DNA of 64,000 nucleotides from a cyanobacterium endosymbiont of Rhopalodia gibba (GTDB taxonomy: Bacteria; Cyanobacteriota; Cyanobacteriia; Cyanobacteriales; Microcystaceae): positions 2,400,001 to 2,464,000 of the forward strand of contig CP067995.1 in NCBI GenBank assembly GCA_045159875.1, read 5' to 3'. Numbering within the stretch: position 1 is the stretch's first letter; each line of letters begins with the position of its first letter. A program made the position numbers and the translations under genes. The notes beneath the pieces were generated by a model. The model saw nothing but the letters and a program-made list of their open reading frames with translations, searched no databases and was not told the origin of the DNA. Positions 46,127-56,412 of the stretch are shown piece by piece.

Positions 46127-46429
46127 CTAGTTTTCATTTTTTACAAACAAGAGTAAATCGTGGTAAACAGCCACTAGCTTTTGTAAAGAACCTACTACAC
46201 GCTAAGATTTTAGGAGAATTCTTATGCCACAACGTAGGTAATCCAATCGGTGGAATTGGCGGAACAAGGATCTTCCCGTTGTTGAATCGTATCAACCGCA
46301 ATCGAGCACACCAGACCACAAATAAATACAGCTGAAAAGATCAATAATATCTTCAAAGGAGATTTTTGCCTGTTCAGAGGTATTTACTAAATTGATGACC
46401 TGTTTAATTTCTTCTTAGATAGCTGTCAT
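46127..46429 (-). pseudogene. Probable pseudogene of a ~100-aa hypothetical protein upstream of mlaE
   Basis: A single frame from ATG 46429 reads MTAI*EEIKQVINLV..SFEDIIDLFSCIYLWSGVLDCG*YDSTTGRSLFRQFHRLDYLR.., with protein-like composition and 3 internal stops. Family not recognised. Confidence 0.45.
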
Positions 46430-48411
46430 AGTTGAACCTATTTAACTTTAGATTTGCAATATAGTTTGTTTAATCTTTTTAAGAAATTTAGCTGGACAAT
46501 CAGATAACTAAAAGTATAGTCATAGAACATCAGAATTGTCTCGATAGGTTTCAGCTCCGGCTATAGGCTGAATAATCTTAGTTACTTCTTGATAGGTTCC
46601 CTGTTTATAGGTAACATTATCGTCATTGTGTAGTCTACAATAATTATTTTTTGTAGCATAGACTCTCTCTTCGCAACTTGGTTCAGTGACTAAATTTTAA
46701 TAATTGGTTTTAATACCTATGGTGTCTCTTATCCCATCAGAAATCATTTTAGATAACTCATCAGGCTGAACATAAAATTGCAATATGACCTAACAAAAGT
46801 AAAACTCTCTTATAACTATCTTCTTCATTGTTTAATACTTACTTACCTTTGACATAAGGAGGAATATGGTTCATAAACATTTGTTAGCAGTGTTAATTTT
46901 TTAACATTGAGTCATTTTATATCTCTAAATCCTTCGAGCAATAGCTAATACTTAAATAATTTTGATTTTTTTTTCTTCAATGACAATCAAAGAGATTGTA
47001 AAAAAGTTTGTTTTAAGCAAAATACGATCACCTAAAAATTGTCCTAAGTTAACAACATAAATCATCTGCTACCATAAATTCATGGCTTTTAGTAGTGAGG
47101 TAAAGACATTATAAATAAGCGTAGTAGAATTAGGAATCTATTGCGCTACTCACTTAGTAAAAATAAGTATAATTTTTCTTTTAAAACTGATAAATAATAA
47201 ATTTTAAAAATATTTTTTATCTTCAACTCTATCTACTTAAATATTATTAAATATTCTAATTTTTTACAACTTTTATTGTCAGTTTATTTTTAGAAAAAAC
47301 TTTTTAAAAGAATTAAAAATTAGTTTTTAATAAATCTATTTAAATATTTATTATCTAAAATAGATAAAGTAATGGTTGTCTAGTATTTTAAACTAAATAT
47401 AAATTACTAAGTAATGAAAAAAATAAACAATTATTTTTCATTTAGGTGCTAGTAAAATAACATTACAATTAACTTCAATAGGTAAGTCTATTTTAGCTTT
47501 ATTTTCCTAAAAAATAACTCTTTAGCCTTTATTCGAGCTAACTGTATCAAAAAAAATAATATAAAAAATACTAAGTCAAACTTGTATTATTTTTTCTGAT
47601 TATTAATCTATTGATTACACCTAATGACTTTAGTATTTTCTGCTAAAATCAAATAGTATAATGAGTTTTTTCTAATCGAATAAATATACTTCTAGTAACA
47701 TAGTTTTAGCCTTGATTTTTTTATAAAAAAAATATAAAATTAAATGATATCTTTTAGGAAATTTTACAAAATTGTAACTTTTTCGAAGTCTTTTAAGTGA
47801 ATGTTGATCTCATTTTTTTATATCTAAGCTTTCAATTAATTGGTACTCTCCCATTTTGATTGATGCTTATTAATTGTTGGCTATTCCTAATACAAGACCT
47901 AATTTATGGTCATGAGATAAATAATGGAATTTCTTGAATAAACAATTACAGCTTTAATATTTTAATTCAGCGGTTAAATGCCAAATTGAATATAAACAAG
48001 ACTGTCATCAAGCTCCACTAGAAGTTATTCAACTTGTTAGCCGCTTAAGTTTCTATCAAGAACTATTCTGAACAACTGAAATAAACTAGATAAATCAATC
48101 TGTTAATATAAGGAGATTACAAATATGGCTAAACTTTAATTGATGTCGTTGCTACCGAACTTGTCATTTAAAACTTATACTATAAGAGTAAAAAATAACA
48201 AATGGGAAATAGATTTTAACTTTTGAGTTTTTCGAGTAAGATCAATCGTCATTCTACTTAGATTTTTGATTCATTTCAGAAAATATTTTAATCGGAAAAC
48301 AGCACTTTATCAGTGATATCTACGCTTACTTACAAATTTTTTAGGTTTTTAAAATCATTAATATCTGACACTTCTCCAATTTTATTCTTCTTAAATTTTG
48401 TTCTAATTACT

Positions 48412-48573
48412 TTAAAATAAAGTATAAATAAAAGGAGCGAGCACTGATCCTTGTGTCAGGAAAATTAAAGTACCTAATAACACTAATGTAATGACTAACG
48501 GGGCTAACCAATACTTTTTACGCTCATTAAAAAATCCCCATAGATCTTTTATTAAATCAAAAAAGCCTTCCAT
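48412..48573 (-). CDS. DUF5989 / SxtK-like small membrane protein, 53 aa (not in the ORF track)
   Basis: MEGFFDLIKDLWGFFNERKKYWLAPLVITLVLLGTLIFLTQGSVLAPFIYTLF*. The start overlaps the stop of the upstream gene (TAATG). Confidence 0.93.
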   Translation of the reverse strand: MEGFFDLIKDLWGFFNERKKYWLAPLVITLVLLGTLIFLTQGSVLAPFIYTLF

Positions 48574-48980
48574 TAATATGGTTTCTCCATGCTATTTTTT
48601 TCTTTGATAAAACTTAAAATACGATAAGTTTTTAGGCTCGGATTAAATTTATTTTTCATTGGATCTCGATTAAATAATCGCATAATAAATGCCATGGGAG
48701 TGACAATAAAAAAGAAGATTAGACCCAAAATAATTCTTGTATTAATCCAAGCAAGTACCTGCGTGACTTTCATCCAATTATTATAAATCGGATCGAGAGA
48801 CTGGGGAATGAAAGTTGCTAACCCATACATTACTCCTGTAATAATCCAGGGTGTTAATGATAACTTATGTCCTAGAATCAAAGGCATAATTAACCCAAAT
48901 AATCCAGAAATAATTGTTCCAGTTAGTAGCCCAAAACGTCGTAATTCTTTTCGATTTAACTTAGGAATTTCATAAGACAT
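48573..48980 (-). CDS. SxtJ family membrane protein
   Basis: ELRRFGL, WMKVTQVLAWINTRIILGLIFFFIVTP, RDPM and MEKPY motifs; sits between the carbamoyltransferase and the SxtK-like gene. Confidence 0.88.
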   Translation of the reverse strand: MSYEIPKLNRKELRRFGLLTGTIISGLFGLIMPLILGHKLSLTPWIITGVMYGLATFIPQSLDPIYNNWMKVTQVLAWINTRIILGLIFFFIVTPMAFIMRLFNRDPMKNKFNPSLKTYRILSFIKEKNSMEKPY

Positions 48981-49024
48981 ATCTTTGTGTATATTTCAAT
49001 AAATAATGAAAAATTATTTTTCTA

Positions 49025-50875
49025 TTAATCAAGTTCAAATTCATCTTGCCACGTATTATTTGTCTGCCATTGTAACTGTTCTGATTTAGCTAGTAAATAA
49101 TTTTCAATCACTAAATAGTCCATCTCAGTACGCATAAAACAACGATAGGCATCTTCAGGGGTACAAACAATCGGTTCTCCTCTAACGTTGAAAGAAGTAT
49201 TAACCAATACTCCACATCCTGTTAATGCTTCAAACTCTTTAATTAATTGATAGTAACGAGGATTAGTTTCATGATGCACAGTTTGTATTCTTGCAGAATA
49301 ATCAACGTGGGTAATAGCAGGAATTTGCGAGTGAGGAATTTTTAATTTTTCTATGCCAAAAAGTTGTTTTTGTTTATCTATCATTGATAGATGTAAATCT
49401 TCTTTAACAGAAGCAACTAATAACATATAAGGACTTGGTTTATCTAAGTCAAAATAATCAGAAACTCGTTCAGCCAAAACCGAAGGTGCAAAGGGTCGAA
49501 ATGACTCTCGATATTTAATTTTTAAGTTCATTATTGACTGCATTTTCTCGTTACGAGGATCACCAATAATTGAACGGTTTCCCAAAGCACGAGGACCAAA
49601 TTCCATACGTCCTTGGAACCATCCAACCACATTTCCTTGAGCAATAATTTTAGCTACTTTTGAAAATAATTTATCGTTATCTAAACGAATATATTGAGCG
49701 CAAATATCATTAAAATATCTACCAATTTCTTCATTGTAAAATTGAGGACCCAAATAAGTTCCTTGCATTCGATCTAACTCAATTTTTGAATCACTTATAT
49801 CTCGGGGATTTTCTAAATATTGATGCCAAATTGCTAAAGCTGCTCCAATTGCCCCTCCTGCATCCCCTGCAGCAGGTTGAATCCAAATATCTTTAAATTT
49901 ACTTTCCCTCAAAATACGCCCATTAGCGACGCAATTCAAAGCAACACCCCCGGCTAAACAAAGGTTATCTACTTCTAATTCTTTGTAAGCTGTGTTGGTT
50001 AATTTTAAGACAATTTCTTCAGTCACTTTTTGGACTGAAGCTGCAATGTCCATTTCTCTTTGAGATAGCTTACTTTCAGGTTTACGGCGAGGTGCACCAA
50101 AAAGTTGGTTAAACTTCTTATTAGTCATTGTTAACCCCGTTGCGTAATTGAAGTATTTCATGTTCAGGCGAAATGTGCCATCTTCCTTAAGATCAATTAA
50201 ATTTTCTAAAATAATATCAACATATTTGGGTTCACCGTAGGGAGCTAATCCCATTAGCTTGTATTCTCCAGAGTTAACTTTAAAACCAGTATAGTAAGTG
50301 AAAGCGGAATAAAATAGTCCTAAAGAATGGGGAAAATTGATTTCCCATTGAGGTGTTAATACATTATTTTTTCCTAACCATAAAGATGTTGTTGCCCATT
50401 CTCCCACTGCATCTAGACACAATACCGCAGCGTCGTTAAAAGGACTGGGAAAAAAAGCAGAGGCTGCATGAGATTGGTGATGTTCTGTAAACAATAATGG
50501 TGGAAGTTCAGAGGGTTTACAGTTAGCAAGTTTAGCTAATTCTCTTTTGAGAATGGTCTTAAGATAAAGTTTTTCTTGTAACCAAGCCGACATCGCAACG
50601 ACAAAAGAACGGAATCCTTGAGGTGCGTACGCTAAATAAGTTTCTAATAGACGTTCAAAAGTAACGATTGGTTTCTCATAAAAAACAATATAATCTAACT
50701 TTTGTAGAGAAACTTTTGCTTCTGCGAGTATATAGAGAATAGCATTTTTAGGAAACTTTGCATCATGTTTTTGACGAGTGAAGCGTTCTTCTTGGACTGC
50801 GGCGATAATAGTTCCTTCTTGAACCAAAGCTGCTGCACTGTCATGATAGTAGGCTGAAATCCCTAAAATTCTCAT
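49025..50875 (-). CDS. O-carbamoyltransferase, NodU/CmcH/TobZ family (SxtI-like)
   Basis: ILGISAYYHDSAAAL, EERFTRQKHD, EHHQSHAASAF, EYKLMGLAPYG, AGGVALNCVANG, EFGPRALGNRSI, KYRESFRPFAP and NTSFNVRGEPIV motifs. Confidence 0.95.
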   Translation of the reverse strand: MRILGISAYYHDSAAALVQEGTIIAAVQEERFTRQKHDAKFPKNAILYILAEAKVSLQKLDYIVFYEKPIVTFERLLETYLAYAPQGFRSFVVAMSAWLQEKLYLKTILKRELAKLANCKPSELPPLLFTEHHQSHAASAFFPSPFNDAAVLCLDAVGEWATTSLWLGKNNVLTPQWEINFPHSLGLFYSAFTYYTGFKVNSGEYKLMGLAPYGEPKYVDIILENLIDLKEDGTFRLNMKYFNYATGLTMTNKKFNQLFGAPRRKPESKLSQREMDIAASVQKVTEEIVLKLTNTAYKELEVDNLCLAGGVALNCVANGRILRESKFKDIWIQPAAGDAGGAIGAALAIWHQYLENPRDISDSKIELDRMQGTYLGPQFYNEEIGRYFNDICAQYIRLDNDKLFSKVAKIIAQGNVVGWFQGRMEFGPRALGNRSIIGDPRNEKMQSIMNLKIKYRESFRPFAPSVLAERVSDYFDLDKPSPYMLLVASVKEDLHLSMIDKQKQLFGIEKLKIPHSQIPAITHVDYSARIQTVHHETNPRYYQLIKEFEALTGCGVLVNTSFNVRGEPIVCTPEDAYRCFMRTEMDYLVIENYLLAKSEQLQWQTNNTWQDEFELD

Positions 50876-51732
50876 TTTCCTGTGATCTTCTCCTCTGTTA
50901 CACCATAAACTATGGAAACTCTAAGTACTTTAGAAGTCAAGGTATAAGATACCATAATATGGAATTTTTCGGACTCATGAGCTATACATTAACTCTATTT
51001 TCTGTTTTGGCATTTCTTGTTCTGTCACACAAAAAACTCTGCTACTATTTAAGATTCTATCTCTTAATGAGTAAGAGTAAGAATAAAAATAATACAGAAT
51101 ATATTTTTAAATATCTACAATCTTTTTAAGATATATTCAGTGACTTTATTCCCAAAAATATATATTATAAATTGACTAATTATTTTTTATATGAGAGCTA
51201 TTATTTTTCATATTATTAATTATAATAATCGATTTCTTAAACTCAAACATAATTTTTTCTTCTATATTTATTCAGATTTTAATTGGTAATTTTTATAAAA
51301 AATCTCACTGCACTAAGATTTAAAATTTTAACCTCTCATCATTATCTGCCAAATGTACTAACTTCATTTTTCCATCATTATAAGCAACTTCACGTTTTTC
51401 TTCCTCGATACATTCATCACATAGATGAAGATCAAGATGGATTTTTTCCATATCATCGGAATCTTAAGTGCCCTATATCTGAGGTAACTTTGTTTTCATA
51501 TTTCATGTTTGGCTAACAAACAAACTCATCCCAGTATCATAACGGCTAATTTTGGGCTGGGTTACTTTAAATTCCAGTAGTTGACATAAAGAATAATCTC
51601 CAAAATATTCCGTATTAATCCAGATAGATATACACTCTACTGAAGTTATACACTTTTGCTAAATTATTCAAAACTTGTTACTGTGACTTGTAGTAGTTTG
51701 CGATGAACAATTCCTTTAAGTTGCTACTCACA

Positions 51733-51885
51733 ATGACTAATTCTAACCAATATGAAAGAAGATTTGGTTTCGTCGCCTACTCTGAAACTTTGAATGTCTG
51801 TCTAGCGATGATTGATTTTGTTGCCGTCTTTATCACTGAGTTAGTGACCGGTCAAGAATTTCTCCATTTCTAGGGTCTGCTTTAA
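51733..51885 (+). pseudogene. hli: High-light-inducible (Hli/Scp) chlorophyll-binding protein pseudogene
   Basis: MTNSNQYERRFGFVAYSETLNVCLAMIDFVAVFITELVTGQEFLHF*GLL*. The ExxNGRxAMxG motif has decayed to ETLNVCLAMID, and the Trp codon is now TAG at 51871. Confidence 0.88.
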
Positions 51886-51932
51886 ACCCTTAGTTTATGT
51901 ACTATAGTCACCTTTGTTAATCTCGTTGTTTG

Positions 51933-51963
51933 ACTGGGTTCTCCTCAGACAACCCAGTTTTTT
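51933..51963 (+). terminator. Intrinsic terminator between convergent hli and sigA
   Basis: ACTGGGTT-N10-AACCCAGT followed by a T-run. Confidence 0.7.
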
Positions 51964-51978
51964 AAGTGATTAATTTTA

Positions 51979-53118
51979 CTAACGGACATATTCTTTGAGA
52001 ATACTATTGCGATTAGGATGTCGCAATTTCCGTAAGGCCTTAGCTTCGATTTGACGAATTCGCTCGCGAGTGACATTGAAAATTTGTCCAATTTCCTCTA
52101 GTGTTTTCATGCGTCCGTCATCTAAGCCATAACGCAGGCGGAGAACATCTCGTTCTCGTGGACTTAAGGTATCGAGAACATTTTCTAAATCTTCCCGCAG
52201 TAAATTTTTAGAGACTTCATCTTCTGGATTTTCTCCATCAGCTTCAATAAAATCCCCCAGGCGGGAGTCTTCTTCCTTACCAATAGGGGTTTCTAGTGAG
52301 ATAGGTAATTGGGCTGATTTAGCAATAAAACGAAGCTTCTCGATGGTCATTTCCATACGTGTGGCAATTTCTTCTTCAGTGGGTTTACGGCGCATTTCTT
52401 GGGAAAGAATCTTAGTGGTTTTTTTAATTCTAGAAATGGTTTCGTAAAGATGAACTGGAAGGCGAATGGTACGCGATTGATCAGCAATTGCTCTAGTAAT
52501 AGCTTGACGAATCCACCAAGTAGCGTAGGTCGAGAATTTATAACCCTTTTCGTGGTCAAATTTTTCGGCTGCTCGAATTAAGCCCAGAGATCCTTCTTGA
52601 ATTAAATCTTGGAAAGATAGCCCTCGATTCATATATTTTTTAGCAATAGAAACCACCAGACGTAGGTTAGAATGAACCATTTTGTCTTTAGCTCTACGTC
52701 CTAAAAAGAGACGGCGTTGGAAAGCGTGCCAATCGATATTTACGGCCTCTGCCCATTCCTTCTCAGTGGGGAAACGTCCCATGTGTTCACTAAGTTGTTC
52801 TCGAATTCGTTCCAATTCAAGAAGATCGGCAATTTTACGAGCCAATTCAATTTCTTCTTCAGCACGCAAGAGTCGAATACGACCAATTTCTTGAAGATAA
52901 ACCCGAATTGAATCCTCTGTGTAAGGCTTTTTCTTACTTTGATCGCGCCGGCGAGAAGCACTCAGTTTTCGGGTTTTTTTCCTTTCTGGTCCAGTTAGTC
53001 CCTCATCGAGTACCACATCATCAGCCGATGCCTGTATGGCTTCATCATCATTGGGGATGAAGAATCCCACATCAATCTGAGGTTCAGTAAGGGTTAATAG
53101 CTCATTAGCCTGCGTCAT
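51979..53118 (-). CDS. sigA: Principal RNA polymerase sigma factor SigA (RpoD)
   Basis: [63 protein letters not shown] and [20 protein letters not shown] motifs. ATG 53118 with a GAGGA RBS. Confidence 0.97.
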   Translation of the reverse strand: MTQANELLTLTEPQIDVGFFIPNDDEAIQASADDVVLDEGLTGPERKKTRKLSASRRRDQSKKKPYTEDSIRVYLQEIGRIRLLRAEEEIELARKIADLLELERIREQLSEHMGRFPTEKEWAEAVNIDWHAFQRRLFLGRRAKDKMVHSNLRLVVSIAKKYMNRGLSFQDLIQEGSLGLIRAAEKFDHEKGYKFSTYATWWIRQAITRAIADQSRTIRLPVHLYETISRIKKTTKILSQEMRRKPTEEEIATRMEMTIEKLRFIAKSAQLPISLETPIGKEEDSRLGDFIEADGENPEDEVSKNLLREDLENVLDTLSPRERDVLRLRYGLDDGRMKTLEEIGQIFNVTRERIRQIEAKALRKLRHPNRNSILKEYVR

Positions 53119-53227
53119 GCCGTTTTCCTCTTGCTCCTTGAAGTGCACAACTAGAAGATAGGGTGTGATAGTAGAATTTACGAATTCAACCTCCCTAAAG
53201 TAGACTTACCTGAGAGTTATTCGTAAG

Positions 53228-53365
53228 GTTCTTTGGGGAAAAGCAGTTCGAACTGGCCTGCTTGGGGTTGACTATCATAAGGACTATGAGTCTGAAGCTA
53301 CCAGTTTGGAAAGTTCCCAAGAACAAAGTAGGGGGTCAATAAAATTCAAGACCTCTCCGATTGTA
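53228..53365 (-). promoter_or_regulatory. Candidate sigA -10 box and structured 5' leader
   Basis: TACAAT on the minus strand at 53360-53365; nested imperfect stems at 53228-53324. Confidence 0.45.
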
Positions 53366-53494
53366 GCCTCGATTACAAAAAATCGGGTAAGTTTTTTGTT
53401 TTAATTGCACAAGATCATTTAAGATTTCGGGTAGTTTTTAAGAACACTGGATAAAAGATAACTAGACATTTAGATTTAATTAGGTGAAGACATG

Positions 53495-53930
53495 GCTAAT
53501 GGAGGTCATTGACAAACATATCTCGAGCGAATTGCGTTGATAACAACGCTTGTCTTCAAATCCACTTACCTACTAGCTAGTCTTAGAAAGACTGGAGAAT
53601 AGACCCAAGTCCTACTCGAGCTTAGGTATCCTTAGCGGTCTTCATCTTCAAAGCTAGGTAAGGCTCCTCAACACGGGTTAAATCTTTAGTCATCGTTTTG
53701 AGCTTTCCATCAAAGTCCGAGGACATTCATCCCCAATAAACGAGAATGTTTACTGACAGAAAAACAGTACGTTTGTCCTTGAAAAAGAAAAATTTTGTGC
53801 CCCTGCTATTCATACGTTAGCAAAGTTTCTTCTGTGCCGATCACTTAAGCATCAGGAAAATCGAACTAATGTGAAAGTTTGATGACCTAGACTTTTGTAT
53901 TAATCGCTGCACTTACTCCAAAGTTGCCTT
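53495..53930 (-). pseudogene. Probable degraded gene remnant of unknown family
   Basis: GC-richer stretch giving a near-continuous protein-like frame with scattered stops (FDFPDA*VIGTEETLLTYE*QGHKIFLFQGQTYCFL...MTKDLTRVEEPYLAL). Not identified. Confidence 0.35.
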
Positions 53931-54126
53931 GGTAATAATCCCGTTATAATCCTTGAACTCTGCATTTGACTATGACTTACACCATACTTCTCTAAATAGA
54001 AGTTAATAAATATAGTGGTCAAAAAAAGCTTTTAGTATTAACAACACTAGTCTACCTTTTTCCGTTGCTTGTCCGACTCAGTGTAAAAAAACTTACTTAA
54101 GAACGCTAGAAAGATGGTGGCTAATA

Positions 54127-54588
54127 TCAAAAAGCAGGTAAAGCTAAGACTGAAATTGAAATGCCCACCCCCCAAGCCAAGCCGACCAAAACCTGAAAAG
54201 GTGTGTGGCCCAGTAGTTCTTTCAACCGCTCTTGATTGAGATGGTGGCCATCTTGAAAAAATTCATCTAGGAGTTGATTGAGAATCTTTGCCTGGGCTCC
54301 TGCGGCTTGACGAACGCCAGCCGCATCGTACATCACAATTACCGCAAATAGAGAAGCAATGGCAAATTCCGGACTATTCCAGCCGACGGTTAATCCTACA
54401 CTGGTAGCTAATGCTCCTACTAAAGCAGAATGCGAGCTTGGCATTCCTCCAGTAGTGACAAGATAGTGCAGATTCACTTTACCGTTACGAAATAGCTCAA
54501 TAATTGTTTTTAATCCTTGAGCCGAAAAACAAGCCAGCAAAGACGCCAAAAGAATTGGATTGTGGAAAATCGTCTCAAAATCATGCAT
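54127..54588 (-). CDS. Divergent PAP2 family protein (DUF212)
   Basis: TTGGMPSSHSA, VMYDAAGVRQAAG and LKELLGHTPFQV motifs; usual position downstream of crtE. Confidence 0.93.
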   Translation of the reverse strand: MHDFETIFHNPILLASLLACFSAQGLKTIIELFRNGKVNLHYLVTTGGMPSSHSALVGALATSVGLTVGWNSPEFAIASLFAVIVMYDAAGVRQAAGAQAKILNQLLDEFFQDGHHLNQERLKELLGHTPFQVLVGLAWGVGISISVLALPAF

Positions 54589-54608
54589 GGTTAATTTTTT
54601 AAGAGCAT

Positions 54609-55538
54609 TTAATTTTTACGGGTGACGATAAAGTTGGCGATCGCCCTTAAGGGGTCAGCCTTAGCTCCGTAGGGTATTAACTCAGTAATCGCTCCACTTA
54701 CTAAGTTTTGAGCTTGTCTTTTTGATTCTTCAAGGCCCCAAAGGCTTGGATAAGTGGCTTTTTGGTCTCGCAGATCTTTTCCAGATGTTTTCCCTAATTC
54801 TTCTTTGGTAGAGGTGATATCTAAGATATCATCAACAATTTGAAATGCTAAACCAATGTTTTGAGCATATTGAGATAATCGTTGCACTTCTTCTTCTGAA
54901 GCTCCGGCTAGAATAGCCCCTGACACCACTGATGTTTCTAATAAAGCTCCGGTCTTACGAGTATGAATAAACTTTAAAGTGTCAACGCTAATATCGTCTT
55001 GTCCTTCTGATTCTAAATCCAATACTTGACCGCCGACTAATCCAGCTGCCCCTACCGTGCGACCTAAACGGGCAAGAACAGTAATTAAATTGTGAGGAGC
55101 GACGTTACGCGTTTGGGTAGCTGCATATTCAAACGCATAGGCCAGTAAACCATCTCCAGCTAAAATTGCAATATCTTCCCCATAAACCTTGTGATTTGTT
55201 AATTTCCCTCGACGATAGTCGTCATCATCCATTGCTGGGAGATCATCATGAATCAAAGACATAGTGTGAATCATTTCTAAGGCACAGGCAGTAGGCAATG
55301 CTATTTCGTTAGTGCCACCCATCAACTCACAAGTGGTTAAGCAAAGAATTGGACGCAATCGCTTTCCTCCGGCTAGTAGCGAGTAGCGCATTGCCTCATA
55401 AATTTTTTGGGGACAAGTAATGGAAAGGGAACTATCTAATGCTGCTTCAACGAGTTGTTGTTTTTCGTTAAGATAGGACGCAAGGTCGAAATGTAATACT
55501 TCCCGTTGCGCCACACGGTTTTCGCCTGTTGTGACCAT
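54609..55538 (-). CDS. crtE: Geranylgeranyl diphosphate synthase
   Basis: [54 protein letters not shown] and GKD...KATYPSL motifs. ATG 55538. Confidence 0.95.
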   Translation of the reverse strand: MVTTGENRVAQREVLHFDLASYLNEKQQLVEAALDSSLSITCPQKIYEAMRYSLLAGGKRLRPILCLTTCELMGGTNEIALPTACALEMIHTMSLIHDDLPAMDDDDYRRGKLTNHKVYGEDIAILAGDGLLAYAFEYAATQTRNVAPHNLITVLARLGRTVGAAGLVGGQVLDLESEGQDDISVDTLKFIHTRKTGALLETSVVSGAILAGASEEEVQRLSQYAQNIGLAFQIVDDILDITSTKEELGKTSGKDLRDQKATYPSLWGLEESKRQAQNLVSGAITELIPYGAKADPLRAIANFIVTRKN

Positions 55539-55934
55539 GTCTAAATACCTTGAACCAAGCAACTTTTTTGATATTATCTTCATTCAGTTTACACTGAGAT
55601 CTTCTTACTCGACTTTAAGCAGCCATTTTTAACTGTCCTAGTCACAATGTTCTCATAGTTTATCTTATGCTTGAAAGAAGTGTGGTAAACAGCATCTACC
55701 TTTAGATAAAGTAAAAATGTGGTGCTATTTTTTTAGCAGCGAGGCGCGTGGAATATTTTCCAGTGTCTCTCACTCAATATAGTATTTTTGAGAATTCTGT
55801 ACTCAGAACAGCTATAGTAAACTCTCTCTAACAAGTTTTCTTTAACGTACAAAGCCTGCCAACTGCTGTCAGGCGCTCAGCCGGGGAATTTGAAAGAAAC
55901 TTTTAATGAACAATCTCTAAAAACCAGATAAACC

Positions 55935-56350
55935 TGATGAAGCAAGAATCCCACAGGGAAAATACTGAATTGATCGAGGGAAAAATTTCTCGGTGTTGGA
56001 CATTACCTGTGTACTAAATAAATCTTTTTGTGAGGGATATCCAAGGCAGTTAGTCAACCACTGCGGTGATGATAAGCTTTTGTCTTGATTCAGTGTCAGT
56101 CCATCGACAGTCTGAGACTAACTTAACGGGAGGAACTCCAGGAAGTATAAAGGTGATGGTATAGCCTGTAATAATGAGTACGTATCACAATGCGTACTCA
56201 AAATGGGGTTTGCTAATGTTATGGAGCTGACCGATAACTTAGTATATTTGTTCTAAACTCTGTTGTTCAAGGGAAAGGGTGGGACTAATTCCAGCATGGA
56301 CTGACTAAACATTTCTTAGATTCAGAGGGGAAGGTAGGGGGTTCGTCCCC
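55935..56350 (-). pseudogene. Metallophosphoesterase (Ser/Thr protein phosphatase-like) pseudogene, C-terminal half only
   Basis: LPSPLNLRNV*SVHAGISPTLSLEQQSLEQ..HNISKPHFE[insertion]LIITGYTITFILPGVPPVKLV..; after a frameshift, KAYHHRSG*LTALDI. The N-terminal half is absent. Confidence 0.8.
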
Positions 56351-56367
56351 TAATCTTTTCTTGGGAA

Positions 56368-56412
56368 ATATGGTGATTATAGCTTCGGACATAGATAGAA
56401 TAATCACCATAT
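56368..56412. repeat. Inverted repeat (13-bp arms, 19-nt loop) near the truncation point of the phosphatase pseudogene
   Basis: ATATGGTGATTAT...ATAATCACCATAT. Confidence 0.88.

Noticed and set aside
48412..50875. Saxitoxin biosynthesis cluster
   Set aside because: Only I/J/K-like genes are present. The core sxtA/G/B/D genes are absent here, and the triad occurs in non-producers.
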